This document shows, piece by piece, positions 1 to 7,719 of a stretch of 64,000 bases of DNA. The DNA comes from a virus (taxonomy: Duplodnaviria; Caudoviricetes): the IMG/VR virus record IMGVR_UViG_3300037797_000133, positions 1 to 64,000 of that record; one strand, 5' to 3'. Within the stretch, counting starts at the first letter, position 1, and every line of letters begins with the position of its first letter. The notes beneath the pieces are model-generated. The model had not been told where the DNA came from. It did no database searches and worked only from the letters and a program-made list of their open reading frames with translations. The position numbers and the translations under genes were made by a program.

Positions 1-1
1 C

Positions 2-160
2 GTCCGCACCTATCTGGCGACCCAGTACCCGGAGCCGGGGTGCGCTGCCCGCCTCGGTCTCGACACGCCGACCACGACGGTGTCGACCACGACGGTCCCG
101 CCGGCGGCGCCGGCCACCCCCACCCCTGCCCCCACGCCCACCACAACGGAGGTCCCATGA
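2..160 (+). CDS. 3' end of a Thr/Pro-rich protein (truncated by window edge)
   Basis: Open frame VRTYLATQ...PTTTEVP*; its TGA overlaps the next ATG (ATGA). Confidence 0.5.
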   Translation, partial: VRTYLATQYPEPGCAARLGLDTPTTTVSTTTVPPAAPATPTPAPTPTTTEVP

Positions 161-618
161 GACCCACCAAGATCGGCGCCGGCCTCGCCGCCGCCTCCAC
201 CATCGTCATCCTCGGCGCCGCCCCAGCGTTCGCCCAGGTCGCCGAGGACGGCAACGTCACCCCCGACGCCCCGCTCGGCTCGGTGCTCACGATCAACAAC
301 ACGTGGGTGACGATCCTGCTCGGTGTCGTCGCCCCGCTCGTCACCGGCTTCCTGCTCCGCCCGCAGAACCCGCCGGCCGTGAAGCTACTCGTCGCCTCCC
401 TGGTCGGCATCGGCTTCCACGCCGTCTCGGAGGTCGTGCAGCAGGACGGCACCGCCGTCTTCTCGCAGGAGTGGCTGGTGAAGCTGGTGCTGCTCCTGGC
501 CGCCGAGTTCGGGACGTACACCCACGTGTGGAACCCGGTGTTCGCCAGCAAGGGCGGCGTCAACGCCGCGACCGGGCCCGGCGTCATCCCCGCCACGTCG
601 GGGCGCGCCGCCGCCTAG
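157..618 (+). CDS. Holin-like membrane protein
   Basis: GGAGG RBS, signal-like N-terminus plus 2-3 hydrophobic helices, last rightward gene before a terminator. Confidence 0.6.
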   Translation: MRPTKIGAGLAAASTIVILGAAPAFAQVAEDGNVTPDAPLGSVLTINNTWVTILLGVVAPLVTGFLLRPQNPPAVKLLVASLVGIGFHAVSEVVQQDGTAVFSQEWLVKLVLLLAAEFGTYTHVWNPVFASKGGVNAATGPGVIPATSGRAAA

Positions 619-650
619 ATCGCTCGGCCAACCCCCTCCGGTCGAGCTTG

Positions 651-697
651 GCGATGCCCCCGGCTCTGGTGCTGCCCGCCCTGGCCGGGGGCATCGC
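651..697. terminator. Hairpin between convergent genes
   Basis: 14-bp stem GCGATGCCCCCGGC/GCCGGGGGCATCGC. Confidence 0.6.
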
Positions 698-702
698 CGC
701 GT

Positions 703-894
703 CTACTCGCCGATGTCGTAGATGGCCTGGCGGGACAGGCCTGCGAGCCGGGCGATCTGTGCGATCGGGGTCCCACTGGCGCGCAGCTCCCGGATGGTGG
801 CGTCACGCAGCTCCCGGAGCGCTTCCTTCTCTGCGTCGATGAGGGCGAAGCGCTCCGGGGCGGGCTGCTCACGGATGGCGTCTGCTGCGCTCAC
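703..894 (-). CDS. Small HTH DNA-binding protein
   Basis: GTPIAQIARLAGLSRQAIYDI helix-turn-helix; GTG overlaps DUF262 stop. Confidence 0.75.
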   Translation of the reverse strand: MSAADAIREQPAPERFALIDAEKEALRELRDATIRELRASGTPIAQIARLAGLSRQAIYDIGE

Positions 895-1514
895 CGGCCG
901 GCGACCTCGGCCGCACGGGCGCGGTCCTCGTCGGTCTGCGGGACACCACCGAAGTTGACCAGCAGGTACAGCTCGGCCTCCCAGGCGTCGCGCTCGGGCC
1001 CGGCGGGGAGGTCGACCCACTTCCAGCTGCCGTCTTCCCCGCGGTGGGGGATGCTCGCCGCGTTGGTCTCGATCGTCGGCACCGGCCAGCTGTCGACGGT
1101 GCGCCGGCCACGAACGGACAGATCGGCGATCGTGACATCACGGCCCCGGGCGGCCTCGCCGTCGGCCAGCTCGGTCGCATGCCACCACCAGCCCGGGACG
1201 GCGAACTCACCGGCGACCCACGCCCGGAGCGCCCGGATGCGCTGCTGGCCGTCCACGACCCGGTAGGTGGACTGCGTCTCGTAGCCCTGGTGGGCGACGA
1301 TCACGGCACCGATCGGGACGCCCATGATCAGCGAACGGATCAGGTTGCGGCGCTGCTCGACCGTCCAGACGGCGCCGCGCTGGTACGGGGCGTCCAGGTC
1401 GAACGGGTCGGGGTCGTCGGCGTCGCGCCAGCTGGTGAGATAGTGCATCGCCGTCCGGTTAGAGGGGGACAGCGACAGTTCGGGGAGCGGTTCGGGGAGT
1501 GCGTCCTGCGTCAT
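891..1514 (-). CDS. Stand-alone DUF262 (GmrS/ParB-like) protein
   Basis: Motifs YQRGAVW, LIRSLIMGVPIG, VVDGQQR. Confidence 0.85.
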   Translation of the reverse strand: MTQDALPEPLPELSLSPSNRTAMHYLTSWRDADDPDPFDLDAPYQRGAVWTVEQRRNLIRSLIMGVPIGAVIVAHQGYETQSTYRVVDGQQRIRALRAWVAGEFAVPGWWWHATELADGEAARGRDVTIADLSVRGRRTVDSWPVPTIETNAASIPHRGEDGSWKWVDLPAGPERDAWEAELYLLVNFGGVPQTDEDRARAAEVAGR

Positions 1515-1562
1515 GAGTGTCAAGTTACTGGACACCGAGTGAGGTGTCAAGACGCTGGACAC
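1515..1562 (-). promoter_or_regulatory. Leaderless sigma70-type promoter with two palindromic operators
   Basis: TTGACA(1550-1545)-N17-TAACTT-N7-ATG(1514); boxes GTGTCAAG-N3-CTGGACAC at 1517-1535 and 1544-1562. Confidence 0.75.
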
Positions 1563-1803
1563 ATCCCGGCGCAGACGGTGGAACCTTGGCTACCCTCGGC
1601 GGTGGCGTAGCGACGAGGCCGCCGCAAGCACCCGCCCCCGGTCCCGCCGCCGGGGGCGGTCGCACGTCATGGCTAGTAAGTCCCTCGCCGGCCTCGGCGG
1701 CCCGACGTACGATCTCGCCTGTGGCTCGGTACCTCGCTGCCTCCCTGCTCCCAATCCCGCCGCTCTGGCGGGGTTGAGCGAGCGCGCTCACGCCCCGCTT
1801 CGA

Positions 1804-1878
1804 CGGGGTGTGGCGCAGTGGCAGCGCAGCCGGTTCGGGACCGGAAGGCCGGAGGTTCGATTCCTCCCACCCCGACCA
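1804..1878 (+). tRNA. tRNA-Pro(CGG)
   Basis: Full cloverleaf CGGGGTG/CACCCCG, anticodon loop TTCGGGA, T-loop TTCGATT, A73, encoded CCA. Confidence 0.92.
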
Positions 1879-1891
1879 GCTGCGACCCCCT

Positions 1892-1964
1892 ACGGTCGAG
1901 CGTCCGGCTGACGCGCCCCGGGCTCCAACCCCGGCGGCAGCGGGTTCGACACCTGCCGACCGTG
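1892..1964 (+). tRNA. tRNA-Trp(CCA)-like gene with atypical D-arm
   Basis: ACGGTCG/CGACCGT acceptor, CCGGG-CTCCAAC-CCCGG anticodon arm, GCGGG-TTCGACA-CCTGC T-arm, G73; no encoded CCA. Confidence 0.65.
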
Positions 1965-2383
1965 CCGAGCCGAGGGAAAGCACTCGCGTCCGTCGAGCGG
2001 GCCACCTAGGCTCGGGCCACTGAGAACCGCTTGGTCTCGATGCTGGAGACACCCGGGACGACCGTTTCGCTTGGCAAGGGCTGGGGCGGTCACCCCGGGT
2101 GTCCTCGCGTCTGGCCTCGGGACGCTCGAGGGGCGCCGACCTGTTGAGCGCCGTGGCACCTGCGGTCACCCTTCGCCGCGAGCTTGGCGCCTACCATCGG
2201 CCAGGTCCGCTCCCTGCCAGCCGCTCGGCGCGACGGCGTACAGCGTGGTACGTAGCCGAGGAAGCTCTGTCCGGCCTCTCTGCCCCCGTGGGTGGAGGCA
2301 AGGGGCCGGACGGAGCGCCACCCCACCGCACGGGCGCTTGCACTGCCGCCGGCGCAACGAAAGCGAACCGGCCTCGGCTTACG
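1965..2383 (+). ncRNA. Candidate large structured ncRNA downstream of the tRNAs
   Basis: No credible CDS; nested stems 1965-71/2009-15, 2048-57/2094-2103, 2255-61/2372-78, 2264-76/2304-16 and an 11-bp pseudoknot. Confidence 0.5.
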
Positions 2384-2461
2384 CCCGCTCCCTGTCACAC
2401 CCCGCCGCTACAATCCCTCGGCATTCGGTGCAGGTGCTGGCATGGGGATGACCAGCGTCGC

Positions 2462-2493
2462 GATGCCCCCTCGGCTCCGGTCGAGGGGGCATC
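2462..2493 (+). terminator. Hairpin/terminator
   Basis: 12-bp stem GATGCCCCCTCG/CGAGGGGGCATC with TTTT shortly after. Confidence 0.55.
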
Positions 2494-2569
2494 CGCCGTT
2501 TTCGGCTGCTCGCTGTCACAGCCCCGCTGTACCCTGGGGGCGAAGAGGAAGCGCGACCACGCTCATGTA

Positions 2570-2597
2570 GACGCCCCCGACTGCGGTCGGGGGCGTC
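2570..2597. terminator. Hairpin closing the leftward arm
   Basis: 12-bp stem GACGCCCCCGAC/GTCGGGGGCGTC, 4-nt loop. Confidence 0.6.
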
Positions 2598-2605
2598 CGT
2601 CGCGT

Positions 2606-2806
2606 TCAGGGGCTGTCTCGAGGCCTGTGCTCGTGGTGGACGCGGCCGAGGGCGTCAGGCATCTCGATCCACCCGCAGCAGTCGTAGGCCACGCCACCGT
2701 GGGCGCCGATCAGGTGGGCGGCCAGCTGCATGTCGTCCACGTCGGACGGCGGCGGGGTGGGGCAGTCCGGGACCGGGCAGAACGTCGGCTCGTCCATGGC
2801 GTCCAT
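2606..2806 (-). CDS. Small Cys/His-rich (zinc-binding) protein
   Basis: CPVPDCP...HLIGAH...CC; starts 2 nt after the recombinase stop. Confidence 0.5.
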   Translation of the reverse strand: MDAMDEPTFCPVPDCPTPPPSDVDDMQLAAHLIGAHGGVAYDCCGWIEMPDALGRVHHEHRPRDSP

Positions 2807-2808
2807 CC

Positions 2809-3900
2809 TCACAGGCCGACCTTGCCGGACGGGTTGTCCTTGAACAGGCCCGCCTCCTCCATGTACTTGCGCACCTGCGGGATCGACTTGTGGCGGGAGT
2901 GGCGCATGATCCGGTGCTCGGCCACGCCGGCGTCGGCCGCCGATGAGATGAGGCCGCGACGGAGGCTGTGGCCGGCGAACAGCGTCGGGTCGTAGCCGGC
3001 GGCTTCGGCGGCGCGCTTCACGATCAGCGCCACCGACCGGCCGGTCAGCCGTCCGTCGCCGACGTGGCCGTGACGGTCGATCGGACGGAAGGGCGGACCC
3101 TCGGTGATCTCGGCGGCGGCAAGCCAGGTGCGCCACGCCCGCACCGGACAGGTGGTCGGGTCCTTCCCGAAGCCGATGCCGACCGCCTCGTGCTCGCCCT
3201 CCTGGTTCGTCTTCGACGAGCGGAGCACGATCGCCAGCCCCTCGGATCGCTCCTCGACGTCGCCGACATCGAAGCCGACGACCTCGCTACGGCGGAACGC
3301 TCCGGCGAAACCGATCAGGAGAATCGCCCGGTCCCGCTTCCCGGCAAGCGTGTCGACGTCGAGTGCCTCCACCATCCGCCGCACCTGCTCGATCCGGGCG
3401 GCGTTCTTCGGCTTCGACTTCGCCCCGTAGGTACGGAGCAGGCCGCGCCACGCTCGCCGGACGCCCTCGTGCTTCGTCGGCGGGGTGTCGTCCGGGTACG
3501 CCTCGCGGTGCTTCACGGCGACGGTCGCGAGGCGCCGGCGGATCGTCGCTGCCTTGTGGCGCTTCGAGTGAGCGCCGACGTAGAGGGCAACCGTCTCGGG
3601 TTCGGCGGGCAACGGGCAGCGGCCGTAGCGCTCGCACCACGCGACGAAGTGACGCCAGTCGCCGTCGTGAGCGCGACGGGTCGACTCGGACTCGGACTCG
3701 CGGATGAGCGTCGCTGTGTCCTCGGCGACGGCGCGCAGCTCCGCGAGGAGCGCTTCGGGGGAGAGGTCTTCGGAGGGGCTCGGTTCCGTTATCGCCCGCT
3801 TACCGGTCGTGTCCGACGTGGGCTTGAACGGGACGATCGCGGTGGCGCTGTCGGCGTCTCCGGGGGGCACCTCGTCCGGCTGGATCGGCTCGGCGCTCAC
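2809..3900 (-). CDS. Tyrosine recombinase, Cre-like
   Basis: RDRAILLIGFAGAFRRSE (R), SKT (K), GHSLRRG (HxxR), RHSRH, final Y; N-terminal helical core-binding domain. Confidence 0.9.
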   Translation of the reverse strand: MSAEPIQPDEVPPGDADSATAIVPFKPTSDTTGKRAITEPSPSEDLSPEALLAELRAVAEDTATLIRESESESTRRAHDGDWRHFVAWCERYGRCPLPAEPETVALYVGAHSKRHKAATIRRRLATVAVKHREAYPDDTPPTKHEGVRRAWRGLLRTYGAKSKPKNAARIEQVRRMVEALDVDTLAGKRDRAILLIGFAGAFRRSEVVGFDVGDVEERSEGLAIVLRSSKTNQEGEHEAVGIGFGKDPTTCPVRAWRTWLAAAEITEGPPFRPIDRHGHVGDGRLTGRSVALIVKRAAEAAGYDPTLFAGHSLRRGLISSAADAGVAEHRIMRHSRHKSIPQVRKYMEEAGLFKDNPSGKVGL

Positions 3901-4148
3901 TCGAACTCCACCGTCGGCTCGGGGCGGTACCGGCGACGGATGGCGAGCGTCGCCCGGCGCGTGGCGTTCGGCTCGGCCCGGATGCCGTCTACGTCGAGCC
4001 GTGCGCCGGCGAGTTCCTGTCGCAGCAGGTGACGCACCGACTGGGCGACCGTCCGGCCGTTGGCGGCGGCGTCCCGCACGAGCGCGACCCGGAGGTCGTC
4101 GTCGACCCGCACCACGATCTGATGCGTCAGCGGACGCTCGGCGCTCAC
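3897..4148 (-). CDS. Ribbon-helix-helix DNA-binding protein
   Basis: QIVVRVDDDLRVAL...GRTVAQSVRHLL pattern. Confidence 0.65.
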   Translation of the reverse strand: MSAERPLTHQIVVRVDDDLRVALVRDAAANGRTVAQSVRHLLRQELAGARLDVDGIRAEPNATRRATLAIRRRYRPEPTVEFE

Positions 4149-4501
4149 TGCTTGCTCCCGTCGAACGCCGCCTCGTACGCCTCAAGCATCTCGCCGAAGC
4201 TGGCCCACAGGTCGAGGGGCGCGCAGTCGTCGACGATCGCCCGCAGGTCGAGTCGTCCCGTGGCGGCCATGAGGCGCACGTTGAGGTTGCGGTAGCCCTC
4301 TCGGGCGACGTAGCCGACGCACGGCTCCTCGCCGCCTTCGGGGGAGCCGTGGCACGCCATGACCGTGCGGAAGTCGTCGCTGTCGCCGACGGTGCAGGAG
4401 AGGCCGCGCATCAGCTCGAGGCCGAAGCCGGGGATGCGTTCGCCGCCGGCGGGGTTGGAGCGGCGCCACGGGCACGAGCCGCACGGGACGGTTGCGCTCA
4501 C
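4145..4501 (-). CDS. DUF6283-like Cys-rich phage protein
   Basis: PCGSCPWRR...MACH...PCVGY. Confidence 0.6.
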   Translation of the reverse strand: MSATVPCGSCPWRRSNPAGGERIPGFGLELMRGLSCTVGDSDDFRTVMACHGSPEGGEEPCVGYVAREGYRNLNVRLMAATGRLDLRAIVDDCAPLDLWASFGEMLEAYEAAFDGSKQ

Positions 4502-4797
4502 TGGACGTCCCAGAGCTTGCGGCAGGCGGGTCGCCCGCACCGGTGCGCTCTCTCCGTGTCCTCGACGCCGACCTCGCTCTGCTCGACGAGGAGGGAGCGT
4601 TGGTTGCAGGCGGCCACGTATCCCTCGGCCACCACGTGGTACTGCGGCACCCGGTCGACGCTCGGGTAGTTGAACCAGCTCGCGTCCCGCAGGGCGAGCC
4701 GCAGTTCACCGCTCGGCGGGCGGTCGGCGTCGAGGCCGATCTCTGCCAGGGCCCGCAGTGTCGCCATCGCTTCGGGCCCGAGCGCTGCGCCGCTCAC
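4498..4797 (-). CDS. Hypothetical protein
   Basis: Coupled GTGA overlaps; C-terminal CGRPAC. Confidence 0.55.
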   Translation of the reverse strand: MSGAALGPEAMATLRALAEIGLDADRPPSGELRLALRDASWFNYPSVDRVPQYHVVAEGYVAACNQRSLLVEQSEVGVEDTERAHRCGRPACRKLWDVQ

Positions 4798-5105
4798 GAC
4801 CCAACCGCCTTGTCGTAGCCGACGGGCTCGGTGTCGTCCGCTCCATCCCACGCGTAGGCGGCGAGGACCGCGGCCCGGAACGCGTCGCGCATCGTCCGCT
4901 CCCGGCCCGACGCTGCGGGGCCGTGGCCGAAGTAGCACCAGCCCTTGTCGATCACCTGGTCGGCCAGAGGCCCCGTCGTCGGGGTGGTGACGAGCCGCCA
5001 GCCGTAGAGCATGCGGAGGACGTCGATCCGGTGGCGGCCGTCGGCCGAGGGGCGGACGCTGTAGCCGCCGTCGATCGGGGTGAGCTCGAAGTCGGTGACG
5101 CTCAC
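4794..5105 (-). CDS. Hypothetical protein
   Basis: Coupled ORF in leftward operon. Confidence 0.55.
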   Translation of the reverse strand: MSVTDFELTPIDGGYSVRPSADGRHRIDVLRMLYGWRLVTTPTTGPLADQVIDKGWCYFGHGPAASGRERTMRDAFRAAVLAAYAWDGADDTEPVGYDKAVGS

Positions 5106-5329
5106 GTGTCCTGCGCCCCCTGCGCTCGCAGGTGCACCCGGAGGGTTCCGGGCGGCGCCGGCGCAGTGCGCTGCGCCTCCTCGTCGGCTTCCCGCCAGAG
5201 GCGGTCTCGCTCGGCAGTGGAGGCCGGCGAGCTGGTGTGGGCCTTCCATGCTGCGACGAACTCGCCAGCGGCGGCCGCGGTCCGCCGGCAGGTGGCGCCG
5301 AACTCGGCAGCGATGTCTCGGGTGGTCAC
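5102..5329 (-). CDS. Hypothetical protein
   Basis: Coupled ORF. Confidence 0.5.
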   Translation of the reverse strand: MTTRDIAAEFGATCRRTAAAAGEFVAAWKAHTSSPASTAERDRLWREADEEAQRTAPAPPGTLRVHLRAQGAQDT

Positions 5330-5511
5330 GTCGGCTCCTGTCGCTTGTGGTCCACGGCCCGTCCCTCGCCGTTGTCGATGTCGTCGCGTCTGCCGCAGTA
5401 CGGGCAGCCGCCGTGGATCAGCGGCTTGCCGGAGCCCTTGCACGGCACCTGGATCGGGGCCTCCCGGTAACCGAGGTACTCGGGGAAGTCGGAGGGGGTG
5501 GGGTCAGCCAT
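5326..5511 (-). CDS. Small zinc-ribbon protein
   Basis: PCKGSG...CPYCG. Confidence 0.5.
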   Translation of the reverse strand: MADPTPSDFPEYLGYREAPIQVPCKGSGKPLIHGGCPYCGRRDDIDNGEGRAVDHKRQEPT

Positions 5512-5806
5512 CGGCGCGGGACCCCTCCATCGACCGCATGAGCGCCCAGGTGGCCTCGTTGCGGCCATCGACGGTCAGCCGGTACATGCGGCGGCGGTAC
5601 TTCACGTTCGGCTCCTGGTCATCCCACTGCGCCTCCAGGAGGCCGTCAGCTTCCAACGGCCAGACGATCCGGTAGAAGAGGCCGGAGCGGACCCGAGACC
5701 GCTTGATGACGTCGTAGCTGTACTGCCAGCGGGGGCCGCCCTCCAGGAAGCGGAGGAGGATCGACTCACGGGCCTTCGACTTCGACCAGATGCGTCGCCG
5801 GTTCAT
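5504..5806 (-). CDS. PadR-like winged-helix regulator
   Basis: YSYDVIKRS...SGLFYRIVWPLEADGLLEAQWD...RRRMYRLTVDG. Confidence 0.8.
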   Translation of the reverse strand: MNRRRIWSKSKARESILLRFLEGGPRWQYSYDVIKRSRVRSGLFYRIVWPLEADGLLEAQWDDQEPNVKYRRRMYRLTVDGRNEATWALMRSMEGSRADG

Positions 5807-6078
5807 GTCGCCTCCCGGTAGAGCGGCACCCAGCCGTCCTCTGTGGGCGGGTGGTTGATGACGTCGCCGGACTCGGGGTGCTGCCAGGCGCCGGCGGGTT
5901 CGATCGGCGGGGGGCTGCCTTCCGCCGCCTCGGCCACTTCCAGCCGCAGCGCAGCGAGGTCGAGCAGGGTGCCGTCTCGCTCGGGCAGCAGAGTCGCCTC
6001 GTGGCGGACCACCTCGGCCAGCCGGCGCAGCCGGTCCGGGACCGAGTTGCCGTCTGGACTCGTGAGGCGCGCCATCAC
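5803..6078 (-). CDS. Hypothetical protein
   Basis: Coupled ORF. Confidence 0.5.
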   Translation of the reverse strand: MMARLTSPDGNSVPDRLRRLAEVVRHEATLLPERDGTLLDLAALRLEVAEAAEGSPPPIEPAGAWQHPESGDVINHPPTEDGWVPLYREAT

Positions 6079-6497
6079 CCTTCCTCCTCTCCGGGGCGGG
6101 TGTCGTGCACGACCTCGCCGCGCACTGCCCGGTCCACCGCGGCCTCCAGGTCGGGGGTGACCTCCAGGGGGGCGAACGGGTCGCTCCTGGGGGTGTCGTC
6201 GTCGAGCAGCACCCAGAACGCCTCGCGCTCGGTCAGGCCCCCGGCCATCAGCGCATCGAGCGCCCGGCGGACGGTCTTCGGGCCGACGTTGGAGCCGTAG
6301 CGGCTACCGAACTGGCCCGGGGCGTTGCTGCCGCTGCACGGGTTGTCGTGGTGCGTCGCCCGGGGGCAACGCTTGTTGCCGCAGTCGGGGCAGACGCAGA
6401 AGCGGCGCATGACCCGGCGGGCGCCCGTGTAGCGGTCGCGCCCGGCCTCGTCGCAGGAGATGCACCAGCAGGCGGTGGTGGTGGTGTCGGTGTTCAT
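6075..6497 (-). CDS. Cys-rich hypothetical protein
   Basis: CWCISC...CPDCGNKRCPRATHH. Confidence 0.6.
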   Translation of the reverse strand: MNTDTTTTACWCISCDEAGRDRYTGARRVMRRFCVCPDCGNKRCPRATHHDNPCSGSNAPGQFGSRYGSNVGPKTVRRALDALMAGGLTEREAFWVLLDDDTPRSDPFAPLEVTPDLEAAVDRAVRGEVVHDTRPGEEEG

Positions 6498-6784
6498 CGC
6501 CCCTCCCGGCCCTTCAGTGCGGCCGCCGCCTCGCCCAGGAGCCTGCCCAGCTCCAAGGCCTGCTCATCGCCGAGCGACTCGACGTTGTTGGTGAGTAGCC
6601 GGAGCGACCAGCGGTCGAGGCAGTCGGTCAGAGGGGTAGGCGGGGTGGCCGTGAGCCGGTCCAGCGCACGCCACAGCGTGGGCCACTCGGCGCGGTGCTT
6701 TGCCATGACCATCCGGTGGTGGTCCGGGTGCGAGCCGGGGTCGGCGATCGCACGCCGGATCTCGTCGAGGGTGCTGTCGCTCAT
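6494..6784 (-). CDS. Hypothetical protein
   Basis: GAAGGCGGAG RBS, coupled. Confidence 0.55.
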   Translation of the reverse strand: MSDSTLDEIRRAIADPGSHPDHHRMVMAKHRAEWPTLWRALDRLTATPPTPLTDCLDRWSLRLLTNNVESLGDEQALELGRLLGEAAAALKGREGR

Positions 6785-6882
6785 CGCTCTCCGCCTTCGT
6801 GTGGGTGGTGGTCTGTCTGGGTGGTGGACACGGGCAGCCACGACGCTGCCTGCCGGACTACACCGGTCGTGTCCTGGGAGGG

Positions 6883-7305
6883 TCAGGGGTTGGGGGTGGG
6901 TCGAGGCATCGGCGGCAACGGGTCGGCGCGCATCGGCTCAGCCCACTCGGGGCCGACGAGCACGTACCGGCGGACCTCACCGTCCGCCACCTGCCATCCG
7001 AGGGAGCACGCCCCGCACCAACCGAGCGCCCGAACCTCGTACCGGTGGCCCTCCAAGAGGCGTCCGGTGCGGGCCTGGGTGCCCCGCACGTCGTGGGCGA
7101 GGAAGCACGGCATGCAGGTCTCGAGCGGTTCCCGGTCGTGACCGTGGCTGGTGAGCGGTGAGGCGGTCGAGGCGGAGGCGTCGATCCGGTCAAGGTGGCC
7201 GTGCCCGAGCGGACACCGCCCCTCCACGAGCGACCACGCGGCCACCGGCGTCAGGGTCGCGTGTAGGGCATGACGGAGGTCGCCGGGCGCCAGGTCGCTG
7301 TTCAC
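6883..7305 (-). CDS. Cys/His-rich hypothetical protein
   Basis: CPLGH, CMPC, WCGAC; GTG overlaps upstream stop. Confidence 0.5.
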   Translation of the reverse strand: MNSDLAPGDLRHALHATLTPVAAWSLVEGRCPLGHGHLDRIDASASTASPLTSHGHDREPLETCMPCFLAHDVRGTQARTGRLLEGHRYEVRALGWCGACSLGWQVADGEVRRYVLVGPEWAEPMRADPLPPMPRPTPNP

Positions 7306-7571
7306 TGGTCCGCCATCAGCGTCGGGTCGTTGGGTTCGGCGTCCCCGAGCGCCCAGGCCTGCGCGCCTCGCTCGCCGACGCCCCGGGCGGTGATTGCGCC
7401 CATGGAGTTGAGCCGGTTCAGCGTCGTGCGCACCTGGGCGACGGTGAGCTTGCCGTTGAGGTACTCGCTGATCTCGCGAGCCGTCATCGGCGCCCACGGG
7501 ATGGCGTGGTACGTCGGGTCGGTCTGCCGGAGCGCTCTGAGCACCATCCGGGTTCTGGTGTGGGTGTCCAT
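7302..7571 (-). CDS. Winged-helix DNA-binding protein
   Basis: PMTAREISEYL...VAQVRTTLNRLNSMGAI. Confidence 0.65.
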   Translation of the reverse strand: MDTHTRTRMVLRALRQTDPTYHAIPWAPMTAREISEYLNGKLTVAQVRTTLNRLNSMGAITARGVGERGAQAWALGDAEPNDPTLMADQ

Positions 7572-7719
7572 CAGGTCTCCGCCTTCCGTTCGTGTCGGTG
7601 TGTCCAGTGGGTGACTCCACCCGGGGCCTGTACTGGTCCCTGCCGTCGCGGTCAGGACCGTCGTCCTGGCTGGTGAAGCCGCCCACTCGAAACACCGGCT
7701 GGTGCATCGAGCCCCCGCG

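Noticed and set aside
40-156. ORF-track N-terminal extension of the holin-like gene (and similar extensions at 2809-4185, 22731-23381, 25027-25554)
   Set aside because: RBS or stop-start coupling supports the shorter starts
636-660. CTCCGGTCGAG and CGATGCCCCC shared with the 2461-2493 hairpin
   Set aside because: Only 10-11-mers in very GC-rich DNA and in different order; probably chance or convergent terminator stems
1850-1878. att core duplication of the tRNA-Pro 3' end bounding an inserted AICE
   Set aside because: No second copy noticed near 8.6, 11.4 or 19.4 kb or elsewhere by eye
1879-2050. HDV-like (theta) ribozyme after the tRNAs
   Set aside because: I could not build the P1-P2-P3-P1.1-P4 topology by hand; a descriptor search is still worthwhile
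2255-2383. RNase P or SRP RNA (GAGGAAG...CGGCTTA, CAGGTCCG resemblance)
   Set aside because: The matching segments pair with each other rather than forming P4, the conserved cores are missing and the length is wrong
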